The notes under the pieces: model-generated
Seen by the model: the letters and a program-made list of their open reading frames with translations, nothing else
What the model was told of the DNA's origin: nothing
The model's database searches: none
Made by a program: the position numbers and the translations under genes
From: Kiritimatiellia bacterium
GTDB lineage: Bacteria > Verrucomicrobiota > Kiritimatiellia > SLAD01
Assembly: GCA_007134735.1 (NCBI GenBank)
Contig: SLKG01000082.1
Span: 2,731-66,730, forward strand
Direction of reading: 5' to 3'
DNA length: 64,000 bases
In this document: piece after piece, positions 46,808 through 59,354 of the stretch
How the letters are laid out: every line of letters starts with the position of its first letter
Position numbering within the stretch: position 1 is the first letter of the stretch

Positions 46808-47428
46808 TTATTTCCCCAGAATTTTCCGCGTGCGGGCGATGGTTTCCTCGGGATTTGTGTATAAAATCGAACGAATTCCAAAAAGTTCCGCGCTTTCCAC
46901 GTTTTCGGGCCGATCATCGATGAACAGGCACGTATTGGCCGTGACGCCGAATTGTTTCAGGGTCCGTTCATAGAAAGCGGGTTCGGGCTTGGTGGCACGG
47001 AGCCGGTACGAAAAAGCCGCATCCTTGTAGAAGCAGAGGGACGGAAAGGCTTCCAGCACATACGGAATATGCAAATCGCTGGCGTTGCTGGCCAGATAGA
47101 CGTCATATTTCCTCGAAAGTTCCCGGGCGAACCGGATCATCGGTTCGTTTTCGATAAAAATATCCCGCCAGATTCCTACAAATTCGTCGTGCGTTCCCCG
47201 AAAACCCGTTTTCTTTACAAAATGTTGAAAGAATTCTTTCCCCGTGATGTCTCCTCGTTCGTACCGATCAATGGAGGGATCCCGCCCGATCAGCGTGAAG
47301 AATTCCTCCGGAGAGGAGCCGACGGCCCCATCGAAATATGGCATCGCGCGCTTGAAGGCCGGGCCGTAATCGATATGCAACAGCACCATTCCGAGATCAA
47401 ACAAGATGTTGCCATACGGTTTCGTCAT
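46808..47428 (-). CDS. HAD-superfamily hydrolase (subfamily IA-like)
   Basis: 206 aa; motif [10 protein letters not shown], motif [14 protein letters not shown]. Confidence 0.65.
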   Translation of the reverse strand: MTKPYGNILFDLGMVLLHIDYGPAFKRAMPYFDGAVGSSPEEFFTLIGRDPSIDRYERGDITGKEFFQHFVKKTGFRGTHDEFVGIWRDIFIENEPMIRFARELSRKYDVYLASNASDLHIPYVLEAFPSLCFYKDAAFSYRLRATKPEPAFYERTLKQFGVTANTCLFIDDRPENVESAELFGIRSILYTNPEETIARTRKILGK

Positions 47429-47840
47429 GTTTTTGCAAGATTCCTTCGATTGACGTACTCCGACAAGCTATCCTGTTGCGACCGGTTTCATCAATCCCGG
47501 AAATGCCCGAACGGGGCCCGATCCCCGTCTGTGCCGCCCCCTGCTTCGGGAGGACGCGGAATCCGGCCACATACCGTATCGATGGGACAGAAGAAGGCTC
47601 TGCTGGAGCAGGGGCCGAAAAGACGCGGGGGGAATCCCGGCGGGGAATTACGGCCTTAAACGCACGGGTGACAGGCAGGAATGCCTGTCTTACTGTAGTA
47701 AGTCGGTCATTCTTGGCCGACTTGATCATGGTCACGGCACCATCATTAGAATTGCTGGACTCCGGCGGGCGGAGCTTGACTCATCCCGGCGGCTACGACA
47801 TAAAGTATAAATCCTCAAGTCCAGTTTATCGGGAGTCATC

Positions 47841-48737
47841 ATGGCGAAACATATCGGTCTGGGACGCGGTCTGAACGCGTTGATCAAGGACGCCCCCGCG
47901 GCGGAAACCGGCAAAGCGGCCGGCCAGGGCGTCACGCGAATCCCGCTCAACACCATCCACAAGAGTCCGTGGCAACCGCGCCGCCGATTCGACGCGGGGG
48001 CACTGGCGGACCTGGTGCAATCCGTCCGCGAGCGCGGCCTGTTGCAACCCCTGCTGGTTCGAGAAGTGGAAAACGGATATCAACTCATTGCCGGGGAGCG
48101 CCGGTTCCGCGCCGCACAGGAAGCCGAACTCACGGATGTGCCGGTAATTGTGCTGGAGGCATCGGACCGGGACGCACTGGAGCTGGCCCTGATCGAGAAC
48201 CTGCAACGGGAGGATCTCAACCCGATTGAAGAGGCGGAGGGCTACCAGTCGCTGATCGATAAATTCGGGTTGACCCAGGAACAGATCGCGGAGCGGGTCG
48301 GCAAAGGCCGCGCCACGGTCGCCAATGCCCTGCGCCTGTTGAGCTTGCCCGACCCGGTTCGCGCGATGATATCCGAGAGCCGGCTCTCCACCGGACACGC
48401 CAAGGTATTGCTCGGCGTGGACATCCCGCGCGAACAGGAACTGCTTGCTGACCGGGCCGCCAAGGAAGGCCTGTCGGTACGGACGCTGGAAAAAATCGTG
48501 GAGAAACTCAAGAAACCGACCCGAAAAACACGCAGCGATCATTCGGATATTCCCGCGTCCCATCTCCAGCATTTGACGGATGAACTGCATGCGCGATTTG
48601 GAACCAGTGTCCGCATCACACCGAGCCGGACGTTGGCAAACGGGAAGAAAGTCCGCGGACGCATAGAAATCGATTATTACTCCCCCGACGATCTGGACCG
48701 CCTGTTGGTCATCCTGGGTTTAACCGAATCCCTCTAG
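47841..48737 (+). CDS. parB: chromosome partitioning protein ParB (Spo0J)
   Basis: 298 aa; ParB box GERRFRAA, HTH domain, C-terminal dimerisation domain; no parA upstream in this window. Confidence 0.9.
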   Translation: MAKHIGLGRGLNALIKDAPAAETGKAAGQGVTRIPLNTIHKSPWQPRRRFDAGALADLVQSVRERGLLQPLLVREVENGYQLIAGERRFRAAQEAELTDVPVIVLEASDRDALELALIENLQREDLNPIEEAEGYQSLIDKFGLTQEQIAERVGKGRATVANALRLLSLPDPVRAMISESRLSTGHAKVLLGVDIPREQELLADRAAKEGLSVRTLEKIVEKLKKPTRKTRSDHSDIPASHLQHLTDELHARFGTSVRITPSRTLANGKKVRGRIEIDYYSPDDLDRLLVILGLTESL

Positions 48738-48741
48738 TATC

Positions 48742-49896
48742 ATGGATGACCAACCATCCAATCCTTCTTCGGACGAAGGCGCTGATCGGTCGCGCCAGGA
48801 ACAAGCCCGCGAGTACGAATCCATTCACAATCGACTATTCGTGGTCCGGATCGCGCTTACCGTATTATTGCTTGTCCTGTACCTGTTCACAGGCCTTTCC
48901 GCCCAACTGACCGAGGGGCTCGAGAATCGGTTCGGCGACGCATGGTGGATGGTTAACACGCTATACATCCTGGTCACCCTCTTCATCTTTTCGGCCATCA
49001 TGTTTCCGATCAGCCTGTACGGCGATTACCACATCGAGCGCCGCTACGGGTTGAGCAAACAGGGCATGAACAGTTGGTTCGCGGACTACCTCAAGGGACT
49101 GGCGCTGGAATTGACGTTGATGACGCTGTTTTTGAGCGTCATCTATGCGTTGTTGCGGTGGTATCCCGACATCTGGTGGATTTGGGCCACGGCGGTGTAT
49201 GTCCTGCTTTCGGTGGTGTTGTCCTCCGTGGCGCCTGTCCTGATCATGCCGCTTTTTCACAAATTCGAACCCCTTGAGGATTCGGAGCTTACGCAAGCCG
49301 TCCGCGATTTCGCGGAGCGAGCGGGCTTGCGGGTCATCGGCGTATTCAAGTGGGGCCTGGAGGAGAAAACGGAGACGGCCAATGCGGCCTTGGCGGGCTT
49401 GGGCCGAACACGGCGCATCATACTTGGGGACACCATGCTCGGTGATTACAGCCGGGACGAAATCCTGTCGGTACTCGCGCACGAGGTGGGCCATTACAAG
49501 AACCGCGACATGTCCCGCTTGCTTGTGGTCAGTACCGTGCTGGCCGCCCTGGGATTTTATGCGGCGCACCTGGTACTTCGCGTGCTGGCGGATTATTTCG
49601 GATTCGCCGGGGTTCAGGACATCGGGGCATTTCCGATTTTCATTTTCTCCCTGTTTGTGTTTTCGCTGATCGCCATGCCGCTGGCCAACACCTATTCGCG
49701 GGTGCGCGAATACGCCGCCGACGCCTATGCGGTCCGGGCCGTCGGCACGGCTGAACCGCTGGTCGGCGCGCTTGAAAAATTGGCGGACCAGAACCTGGCG
49801 GACCGGCAGCCTCCGGCCTGGATCGAATTCCTGCTGCACAGCCACCCGTCCATTTCCCGGCGGATCGATCGCGCGAAGCGGGTTCTCGGGAATTGA
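48742..49896 (+). CDS. M48-family zinc metallopeptidase (Ste24/HtpX-like), integral membrane
   Basis: 384 aa; multiple TM helices; HEVGHYKNRD zinc motif. Confidence 0.8.
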   Translation: MDDQPSNPSSDEGADRSRQEQAREYESIHNRLFVVRIALTVLLLVLYLFTGLSAQLTEGLENRFGDAWWMVNTLYILVTLFIFSAIMFPISLYGDYHIERRYGLSKQGMNSWFADYLKGLALELTLMTLFLSVIYALLRWYPDIWWIWATAVYVLLSVVLSSVAPVLIMPLFHKFEPLEDSELTQAVRDFAERAGLRVIGVFKWGLEEKTETANAALAGLGRTRRIILGDTMLGDYSRDEILSVLAHEVGHYKNRDMSRLLVVSTVLAALGFYAAHLVLRVLADYFGFAGVQDIGAFPIFIFSLFVFSLIAMPLANTYSRVREYAADAYAVRAVGTAEPLVGALEKLADQNLADRQPPAWIEFLLHSHPSISRRIDRAKRVLGN

Positions 49897-49906
49897 GCTT
49901 CCGGTA

Positions 49907-50323
49907 TCAGGCTCGGGGCCATGCGTCCAAAAAGGCGCGCGGCGACAGCACCTCCACGTTTCGCCGAACGGCGGAGGGGTAGTGCCGAAGGTTGCCGGTG
50001 ATCAACGGCGCGGCAAGGGCGGCGGCCGCCGCAAGGAATTTTTCATCGTCCGGATCGGGCAATCGCAGAGGCCATGGTTCGGTCACCACGCGCTGTCCAT
50101 ACATCTCGCATAATCGCAACACATCATCCCCCCGGCCCGCATCCAGATCGAGTTCCGGTCGGTGCAACACGTCCGTATACTCCGCGAGAATGCGTTCATC
50201 GTATCCGAGAGAAAGGTGACCGGCCAACGCAAGGTCCATGATATGACCCGGGGCCCCCAACTCGGAAAGCAGGCCGGACACCAGCTCATTCGTGTCCAAA
50301 ATCACGCATGACCGACTATTCAT
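49907..50323 (-). CDS. PIN-domain ribonuclease toxin (VapC-like)
   Basis: 138 aa; N-terminal VILDTNELVS acidic PIN motif, further conserved Asp; 4-nt overlap with upstream antitoxin gene. Confidence 0.7.
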   Translation of the reverse strand: MNSRSCVILDTNELVSGLLSELGAPGHIMDLALAGHLSLGYDERILAEYTDVLHRPELDLDAGRGDDVLRLCEMYGQRVVTEPWPLRLPDPDDEKFLAAAAALAAPLITGNLRHYPSAVRRNVEVLSPRAFLDAWPRA

Positions 50324-50628
50324 CGACCGGTTTCTCGCGCCTTTGCACCGCGCCGGCGTCGGGTTGTTGCGACGATATCATTAATTTCCTCCATGCGCAT
50401 CCGATCCACGCCCGATTCCTTTGCCCCGCGCCGGATCTCTCGAAGTGCCAATTGCGCGCGCGCCATTCGAAAGGCGCGGACAACCTCTTCGTAATCTTCA
50501 TCGGTGACAGATGTCACCAAAGCAAACGGTCGTCCATTGGCTGTCAATAATGCTTCAGAATCCTTTGATATTTGACTTCGCACCTTCGCCGGGCGGGTTC
50601 GAAAGTCTCGAATGGATATTGTTTTCAT
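50320..50628 (-). CDS. type II antitoxin (Phd/YefM-like)
   Basis: Start at MKTISIRDFRTRPAKV (ATG 50628); ~103 aa; ...GRPFALV... pattern of Phd/YefM antitoxins. Confidence 0.55.
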   Translation of the reverse strand: MKTISIRDFRTRPAKVRSQISKDSEALLTANGRPFALVTSVTDEDYEEVVRAFRMARAQLALREIRRGAKESGVDRMRMEEINDIVATTRRRRGAKARETGR

Positions 50629-50806
50629 GAAGATAATATTACGATATTGTAGACAATTGTCAACAATCATTCACAGGAATGATAATGTGGGCGCCACCGG
50701 GATGATCGGGGTCGGCCCGGAATGGCCGACATACCGGCGTTAGATAGGCCTTCTTGCCTGTCTTTTCGTGCGTTAAAGGCCATCGTGAGAATCCTGATCG
50801 TGCGCG

Positions 50807-51256
50807 CTATAACGGACGACGGCGGGGATGGAGGCGGGTGAGGAGCCATTCCTCCTTGAGCACGATGACCGCGAGGAACATGTAGCCGAGATTGCGGAAT
50901 ACGTGGCCCCAGCTGATGAGGTCTTCCGTGGGCGCTGTTGTGGTGCATCCGCACGCAATTTCCAGCCCTCGAATGAGATTGATGGCGATGCCCAGGGTAA
51001 ACACGGTCAGCATTCCGAGTATGAGCGCGGATGCGGCATCGCGAAATCGATACGAAAAGATAATGGCCATGGCGGCCGTCAGTTCCATCCAGGGCAATGT
51101 AATGGCCACCGGGTTGATCGCGGAATGGGGCAAAAGGCGGTATCGGAAAATCGCCATCGCAAAATCGTGCGGAAACAGGATTTTTTCCACGCAAGCGAGC
51201 AGAAAAATGACGCCCAGTACAAGGCGGCACATCATGATGAGATATCGCGGATTCAT
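50807..51256 (-). CDS. MauE/DoxX-family membrane protein
   Basis: 149 aa, 4 TM helices, conserved CGC motif; 4-nt overlap with upstream rhodanese gene. Confidence 0.55.
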   Translation of the reverse strand: MNPRYLIMMCRLVLGVIFLLACVEKILFPHDFAMAIFRYRLLPHSAINPVAITLPWMELTAAMAIIFSYRFRDAASALILGMLTVFTLGIAINLIRGLEIACGCTTTAPTEDLISWGHVFRNLGYMFLAVIVLKEEWLLTRLHPRRRPL

Positions 51257-51765
51257 GGTTCCCCGTTCACTTTAACGCCTTCCACCGGATATCCGGCCGC
51301 CCGCCACTCCGACATTCCGCCCGGAAACAGCACCACATTGGTGTACCCGTGATCGCGCAGGAAGAAGGCCAGAAGCAGCGCATCATCGCATGTCGGATCG
51401 GAACAATAGGTCAGCACCGGCTGTTGCGGCGTCAGAAAGATCCGGGCATCGAGAAAGGCGTATTCAATTTCGTGATACGGCACGGAAATGGCGCCCGGGA
51501 GGGCCCGGGCGAAGTATTCGGGGGCGGGCCGGGCATCGAAGATGACGTGCGTACCCGCTTCCAGAATGCGTCGAACCTGTTCCGCGTTTACGAGTTCGAT
51601 GCCCTCTCGCCGGGCGCGCGATTCGACATGATGCGCCCAGTCTTCCGTCCAGGGCAGGCCGCCGTCGGGCCGGAGGGCATTTACAATCGCACCCGTCAGC
51701 ATCGAAAGCACAACCAGCCACAGTATGCGCGTGGCCAAATTTCCAGGTCGGTTGGCATCAGGCAT
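51253..51765 (-). CDS. rhodanese-domain sulfurtransferase with N-terminal membrane anchor
   Basis: 170 aa; rhodanese fold with catalytic Cys in YCSDPTC loop. Confidence 0.7.
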   Translation of the reverse strand: MPDANRPGNLATRILWLVVLSMLTGAIVNALRPDGGLPWTEDWAHHVESRARREGIELVNAEQVRRILEAGTHVIFDARPAPEYFARALPGAISVPYHEIEYAFLDARIFLTPQQPVLTYCSDPTCDDALLLAFFLRDHGYTNVVLFPGGMSEWRAAGYPVEGVKVNGEP

Positions 51766-51813
51766 GGATTCACCCGGTTTCGCACAAGCATTTCCCGGAG
51801 AGGGACCGGACGG

Positions 51814-52230
51814 TTACAGGTGATAGTCTCCGGACGCTTCGGGTTGATACAGAATTTTCTCGATCTTGATGCGGCGTTTGCCGTCGGGGACTTCCCATTC
51901 TATGATATCGCCTTCGGAATATCCCAATATCGCGGTTCCGATGGGGGACATAACCGAGATGGCGCCTTTTTCGATATCCGCGTCGCGGGGAAACACGAGG
52001 GTATAATCCATCACTTCATCCGCCTCCAGGTCACGCAGGCGGACGCGGGTGTTCATGGTCACAACGGTCGGCTCCACCTCCTTGGAGTCCACCAGTTTTC
52101 CCCGCTCGAGTTCTTCTGCAAAGCCCTTGAGATCGCCCCGGTTTCGGTACTCGAAATCCCCCGCCACCGCAAGAAGCTCTTCCAGCCGCTGGCGGTCGAA
52201 TTCCGTGATGGAAATAACACGTTTTGCCAT
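51814..52230 (-). CDS. rnk: GreA/GreB-family regulator, Rnk-like (regulator of nucleoside diphosphate kinase)
   Basis: 138 aa; C-terminal FKBP-like Gre domain ISVMSPIGTAILGYSEGDIIEWEVPDG; no N-terminal coiled coil. Confidence 0.65.
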   Translation of the reverse strand: MAKRVISITEFDRQRLEELLAVAGDFEYRNRGDLKGFAEELERGKLVDSKEVEPTVVTMNTRVRLRDLEADEVMDYTLVFPRDADIEKGAISVMSPIGTAILGYSEGDIIEWEVPDGKRRIKIEKILYQPEASGDYHL

Positions 52231-52249
52231 TATTTTGTCTCCAAGAAAA

Positions 52250-52320
52250 TTGCCGGACTAGGATTCGAACCTAGACTCACAGATCCAGAGTCTGCTGTGC
52301 TACCATTACACCATCCGGCA
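52250..52320 (-). tRNA. tRNA-Gln (anticodon CUG)
   Basis: Cloverleaf foldable by hand: acceptor UGCCGGA/UCCGGCA with U1:A72, D-arm GUGU-AAUGGUA-GCAC, anticodon arm GCAGA-CUCUGGA-UCUGU, T-arm CUAGG-UUCGAAU-CCUAG; CCA not encoded. Confidence 0.8.
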
Positions 52321-52490
52321 TGGTTTGCTTCTGGGGGGACAATGTATCAACTGGGCCCGCAAAATCAAGCGTCTCCGTGAAGGGTGGCCTATGCATGGAC
52401 GACGTGGAGCGGCTTTCCCGGCCGGGCATTTAAACTTGGCATGAACTTCGGCATCGGGCATAGTCCACACTTTTTCCGGAGGATTGGAAT

Positions 52491-53057
52491 ATGTACAACG
52501 CGTCGGATTTGAGAAAAGGGTTGAAAATCGAAATCGATGGCGATCCCTGTGTGGTCGTGGATTTTCAGTTTGTGAAGCCCGGCAAGGGACAGGCGCTGTA
52601 TCGTTGCAAGATCAAGAACCTGATCACGGACGCCACCACGGACAAAACCTACCGATCCGTGGATAAAATCGACAAGCCAAACCTTGAAGAACGGGACTTG
52701 ATCTATTCGCATCCGGAAGGCCACCACCATGTCTTTATGGATACGGACACCTACGAACAGGTCATTATCGGGGAGGATATCCTGGGGGACCAGCGCTATT
52801 TCCTGGTGGAGGACATGGACGTCCAGGTGCTTTTCCACAACCATCGGCCGATTGAAATCACCTTGCCCTATTTCATTGAAAAGCGGATCGCGAAGACCGA
52901 ACCCGGGGCGCGGGGCGACACGGCGACGAACGTCTTGAAATCCGCGAAGCTGGACAACGGATACGAGATCCAGGTTCCTCTGTTCATCAATGAAGGCGAC
53001 CTGGTCCGAATCGACACACGTACCGGCAAGTACGCGGACCGGGTCAGCAAGGGGTGA
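52491..53057 (+). CDS. efp: translation elongation factor P
   Basis: 188 aa; KPGKGQA loop (modifiable Lys), three OB-like domains. Confidence 0.95.
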   Translation: MYNASDLRKGLKIEIDGDPCVVVDFQFVKPGKGQALYRCKIKNLITDATTDKTYRSVDKIDKPNLEERDLIYSHPEGHHHVFMDTDTYEQVIIGEDILGDQRYFLVEDMDVQVLFHNHRPIEITLPYFIEKRIAKTEPGARGDTATNVLKSAKLDNGYEIQVPLFINEGDLVRIDTRTGKYADRVSKG

Positions 53058-53187
53058 GGCCGCACGGCGGCTGAACCCAAGTTCGACAGTAGTTCTTTAA
53101 CGAAAGGAACATCTACTGTCGGGTCGATGCCCCATCGTACCATGTGGGTGGGTCTCGGTCGGAGAGGCCGCCGACCCTCCCGAAGAT

Positions 53188-53236
53188 GGAGGGTCACGCT
53201 TCCGCGTGACCCGGACGCGCGGAAGCGCGTCCCTCC
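53188..53236. repeat. REP-like hairpin element, family 2 (second copy)
   Basis: GGAGGGTCACGCTTCCGCGTGACCCGGACGCGCGGAAGCGCGTCCCTCC; preceded by additional hairpin gaccctcc-cgaagat-ggagggtc. Confidence 0.65.
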
Positions 53237-53498
53237 ATTATTCAAGAAACGGGCTTATCCGGCGGGAGAGACCGCGCGAGTCAGGGCGAAGCCGCAGGCG
53301 AAGACTGGGCCTCGCGGTCCTGAAAATGTAGTGGAGAAAAAGAGGAGCAAGGGAGTGCCTTTCTCGGAAATATCGCATTTTTTGCCTCGTAACCTTGGGT
53401 TAGAATTCAATATTCAATAGCCAGCCAACATGGAATGCCCAAGTTTTCAAATTGATTCCCGGGTTATTCCTTGTTGGATATTGGATATTCCATAATGC

Positions 53499-54425
53499 AT
53501 GTCTAAAACCGAATCCAACCATTTGGGGCCGTATCAACGCGCGCTGTTGATTCGCAGTACTCTATTGCGGGTCACGCGTGCGTTCTTTCACGAGCGGGAT
53601 TTTCTGGAAGTTGAAACCCCGGTGCGCCTTAAGTACCCGGCGCCGGAACCCCACATCGACGCCATGGCGAGCGAGGATCATTATTTGCGCACGTCCCCGG
53701 AGCTGCACATGAAGCGCCTGCTGGCCGCGGGATACGAACGTCTTTTTCAGATCGGCCCGTGTTTCCGGCGGGGTGAGCGCGGTCCCTATCATCAGCCGGA
53801 ATACACCATGCTCGAATGGTACCGCGCGCATGCGGATTACGAGGATATCCTGTGTGACACACGGGATTTGTTTGCCCGGATTGCGGACGCGCTGCTGGGC
53901 GGAAAGGCACTGGTACGCGGCGGACGACGTATCGATTTGAGGGGCGACTGGGAGCGCCTGACGGTGGCCGAGGCCTATAGCCGGTGGGCCGGATGGAACC
54001 CGGTCACCGACTACGATCCGGACCGGTTCGACCTGGACATGGCGGACCGCATCGAACCCGCGCTCGGCGCGCTGGACGCGCCGGTCGTATTGACGGATTA
54101 TCCCGTTGAATCCGCGGCGCTGGCGCGCCGGAAGGGAACGCGGCCCGATGTGGCCGAACGGTGGGAGCTGTACGTGGGCGGCATGGAACTGGCCAACGCG
54201 TATTCCGAGTTGACGGACGCGGACGAACAGGAGGCGCGTTTCATCGCCTGTAACCGGGAGCGGCGGGCCCGGGGCGCGGCATCGTATGAACCGGACCCGG
54301 ATTACCTGGCCGCCTTGCGGGCGGGCATGCCACCGTCCGGGGGGATCGCGCTCGGGGTGGATCGGCTGGTCATGCTGCTTGCCGGCGCCGACACACTGGA
54401 CGGGGTTCTTCCGTTTCGGGAATGA
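53499..54425 (+). CDS. epmA: EF-P--(R)-beta-lysine ligase EpmA (PoxA/GenX)
   Basis: 308 aa truncated class-II LysRS paralog: SPELHMKRLL, FRRGERG..HQPEYTMLEWY, ELANAYSELTD, GIALGVDRLVM. Confidence 0.85.
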   Translation: MSKTESNHLGPYQRALLIRSTLLRVTRAFFHERDFLEVETPVRLKYPAPEPHIDAMASEDHYLRTSPELHMKRLLAAGYERLFQIGPCFRRGERGPYHQPEYTMLEWYRAHADYEDILCDTRDLFARIADALLGGKALVRGGRRIDLRGDWERLTVAEAYSRWAGWNPVTDYDPDRFDLDMADRIEPALGALDAPVVLTDYPVESAALARRKGTRPDVAERWELYVGGMELANAYSELTDADEQEARFIACNRERRARGAASYEPDPDYLAALRAGMPPSGGIALGVDRLVMLLAGADTLDGVLPFRE

Positions 54426-54656
54426 TTCCGGTTCCCTCATCCATTCCCGGGCCGCCGTTGCGACGTCGTATCTCTCGACGCGCCGCGTGTTACCTTTCCG
54501 GCAAAGCCGGTTTCCCCCGCCACGCGAACGATATGAATTTCATTTCATGGGCGCTCTTCCCGCGATATCATGGCCGGGTAATGGCAAACCGTCGAACGGC
54601 GGTTTGAAGCCCGGGCGCTTCGGACGTAGAATAGGGCAAGGAAGAAAGGAAACCAG

Positions 54657-55538
54657 ATGACACATACGATGCGAACGCTTTTAGCGGCCGTAGTTCTCGC
54701 GGGAATGGTGTCGGGCCCGGTTCGGGGCCAATATGGGCTGGCGCCTTATTGCCAGATTCTCGACCGGATTGAAGATCCGATCTGGGAGGTTTATTTCGGG
54801 TATATGACCAATGAGGACGCGAAGGAGCCCGACGCCGGGCATTTCGGACTCACCGAGATCGGGGCACGCGCGGGCCTTTATTATTACCGGACGGCGGGCG
54901 GCGACCTGGACATTCAAGCCGGTTTCGACACCATGTATTTTACGGGCGGCGGCGGGATCGGCCTGCCGACGCAGGTGACGGCCGCACGACTGGATCTTGA
55001 CTATATCATGCGTTTCGACGACGGGTATGCCCTGCGCCTCAAGATGGAGCCGGGCTTATATTCCGATCTACGGGATCTTGGATGGCGGGACATGTATGTG
55101 CCGTTTGCCTTGTCAGGCATTCACGCCGTTCGTTCGGACGTATCGCTGGAAACGGGCGTCGCGTTCTTTCCGGGGTTTGACCGGCTGGTGGATCCCCGGA
55201 TTCTGCTTCGCTGGGAGCTCGGCGATTTCTTTCTCCTGGACGCGGGGTATCCCGGCTCGCGCCTGGTGTATCGTCCGGCCCTGCACTGGGGTTTCACGGC
55301 CGGGTTTGATGTTCAGCAACACATGCAGTATCGACTGAAGCGCAGTGACGACCGTCGTTCCTTGCGCTACGAGGAAGTGCGGTTTCACCTCGGGGTCGAA
55401 CGCATTTTTGCCGAGAACCTTCTCTGGCGGTTTGAGGCCGGGCATGCGGTAAACAGGAGCTTGAATTTCGAACGCGGCGAAGATTATAAACTGAACGACG
55501 CATATTATTTCCGCATCGGCGTCGGGGGCCTCCTGTAG
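54657..55538 (+). CDS. predicted outer-membrane beta-barrel protein, unknown function
   Basis: 293 aa; signal peptide, alternating amphipathic beta-strand pattern rich in G/Y/F/D/R, C-terminal aromatic. Confidence 0.45.
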   Translation: MTHTMRTLLAAVVLAGMVSGPVRGQYGLAPYCQILDRIEDPIWEVYFGYMTNEDAKEPDAGHFGLTEIGARAGLYYYRTAGGDLDIQAGFDTMYFTGGGGIGLPTQVTAARLDLDYIMRFDDGYALRLKMEPGLYSDLRDLGWRDMYVPFALSGIHAVRSDVSLETGVAFFPGFDRLVDPRILLRWELGDFFLLDAGYPGSRLVYRPALHWGFTAGFDVQQHMQYRLKRSDDRRSLRYEEVRFHLGVERIFAENLLWRFEAGHAVNRSLNFERGEDYKLNDAYYFRIGVGGLL

Positions 55539-55558
55539 GACGGGGGAATCAGCACATC

Positions 55559-56539
55559 ATGCGCCTGGCCGTTATTTCCGATATTCATGTTCTGGGGCCC
55601 GGCGAGTATGAGCTGTACGTGGACAGTGCCCGGGCGATCGGGCATGGGGTGTCATCGGTTCGCCGGTCCTGGCGGCGCCTGCTATATACCGTGCGCCGCC
55701 GGTTCTGGAACTGGCATCCGGAAGCCCGCCAAGCGTGTTTCATGAAGGCCTTGGAGCATACGCTGGAGTATGCCCCGGACTGGGTCATTGCCAATGGGGA
55801 TTACGCGGGGGATGCCGGCGGTACCGGTTTGAGCGATATTCACACCTTTGAGAGCGCGGCGCAGGCGATTACCCTTATTCGCGAGTTATTCCCCGGACGA
55901 TGTCATTTTGTATTCGGCGATCACGAACTCGGAAAATACAGCACATTGATTCGAAGCGGCGGCATCCGGCTGGAAAGCCTGTACCGGGGAGAGCGGGACC
56001 TCGGCATCCAGTCTTTCTGGCATGAACAGGATGGGCCATATCATCTTATCGGGATCAATTCCTCCTTATTCACACTCGATATGTTTTTTCCCGAAGCCCG
56101 CGAAGAGGAGATACCGGAGTGGAAGCGGATCAGCGCCGAACACAAGGAACGCGTGAATGAAACCTTTTCCGGTCTTCCCGATACCGCGCGCATTCTCTTG
56201 TTTTGTCATGATCCCGGCGCCTTGACCGCCTTGTACGAACTGGCGGCTGTGCGTGAGCGCATGCACCAGATTCATCAGACCATCCTGGGACACCTGCACG
56301 CGCCAGGGTTATTGACACTCGCCCGGATTGTATCCCGCATGCCCCAGTGGAAACCCAAATATCCGGTTGCGCGAATCCTGGCCGACGCCACGCGCGGCGC
56401 GCGCACCTGGTCGAAATTCAATCCGATCGTATGTCCATCCACCTTTGGAACAGGCCGGCATTTCCACGGGGGTATTCTATTCATCGAAGACGGTCCCGGA
56501 GGGGGTATTGTGACGCGGCGGCATCCCATCAAACTCTGA
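55559..56539 (+). CDS. calcineurin-like metallophosphoesterase
   Basis: 326 aa; motifs ISDIHV, GDYAGD, GDHE, and C-terminal GHLH. Confidence 0.7.
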   Translation: MRLAVISDIHVLGPGEYELYVDSARAIGHGVSSVRRSWRRLLYTVRRRFWNWHPEARQACFMKALEHTLEYAPDWVIANGDYAGDAGGTGLSDIHTFESAAQAITLIRELFPGRCHFVFGDHELGKYSTLIRSGGIRLESLYRGERDLGIQSFWHEQDGPYHLIGINSSLFTLDMFFPEAREEEIPEWKRISAEHKERVNETFSGLPDTARILLFCHDPGALTALYELAAVRERMHQIHQTILGHLHAPGLLTLARIVSRMPQWKPKYPVARILADATRGARTWSKFNPIVCPSTFGTGRHFHGGILFIEDGPGGGIVTRRHPIKL

Positions 56540-56671
56540 TGGCGGTTCGATCCCAAACATGAAGATTCCTGCCGGGCGCCTTCCTTTGAAACGCAATTTT
56601 CCCGCCCGGAAGAACTGTGGAAGGAATGGGTATTATTTTGTCAATTATAATAATTTTGATGCGCTCTGTAA

Positions 56672-59353
<2,682 letters not shown>

Positions 59354-59354
59354 T

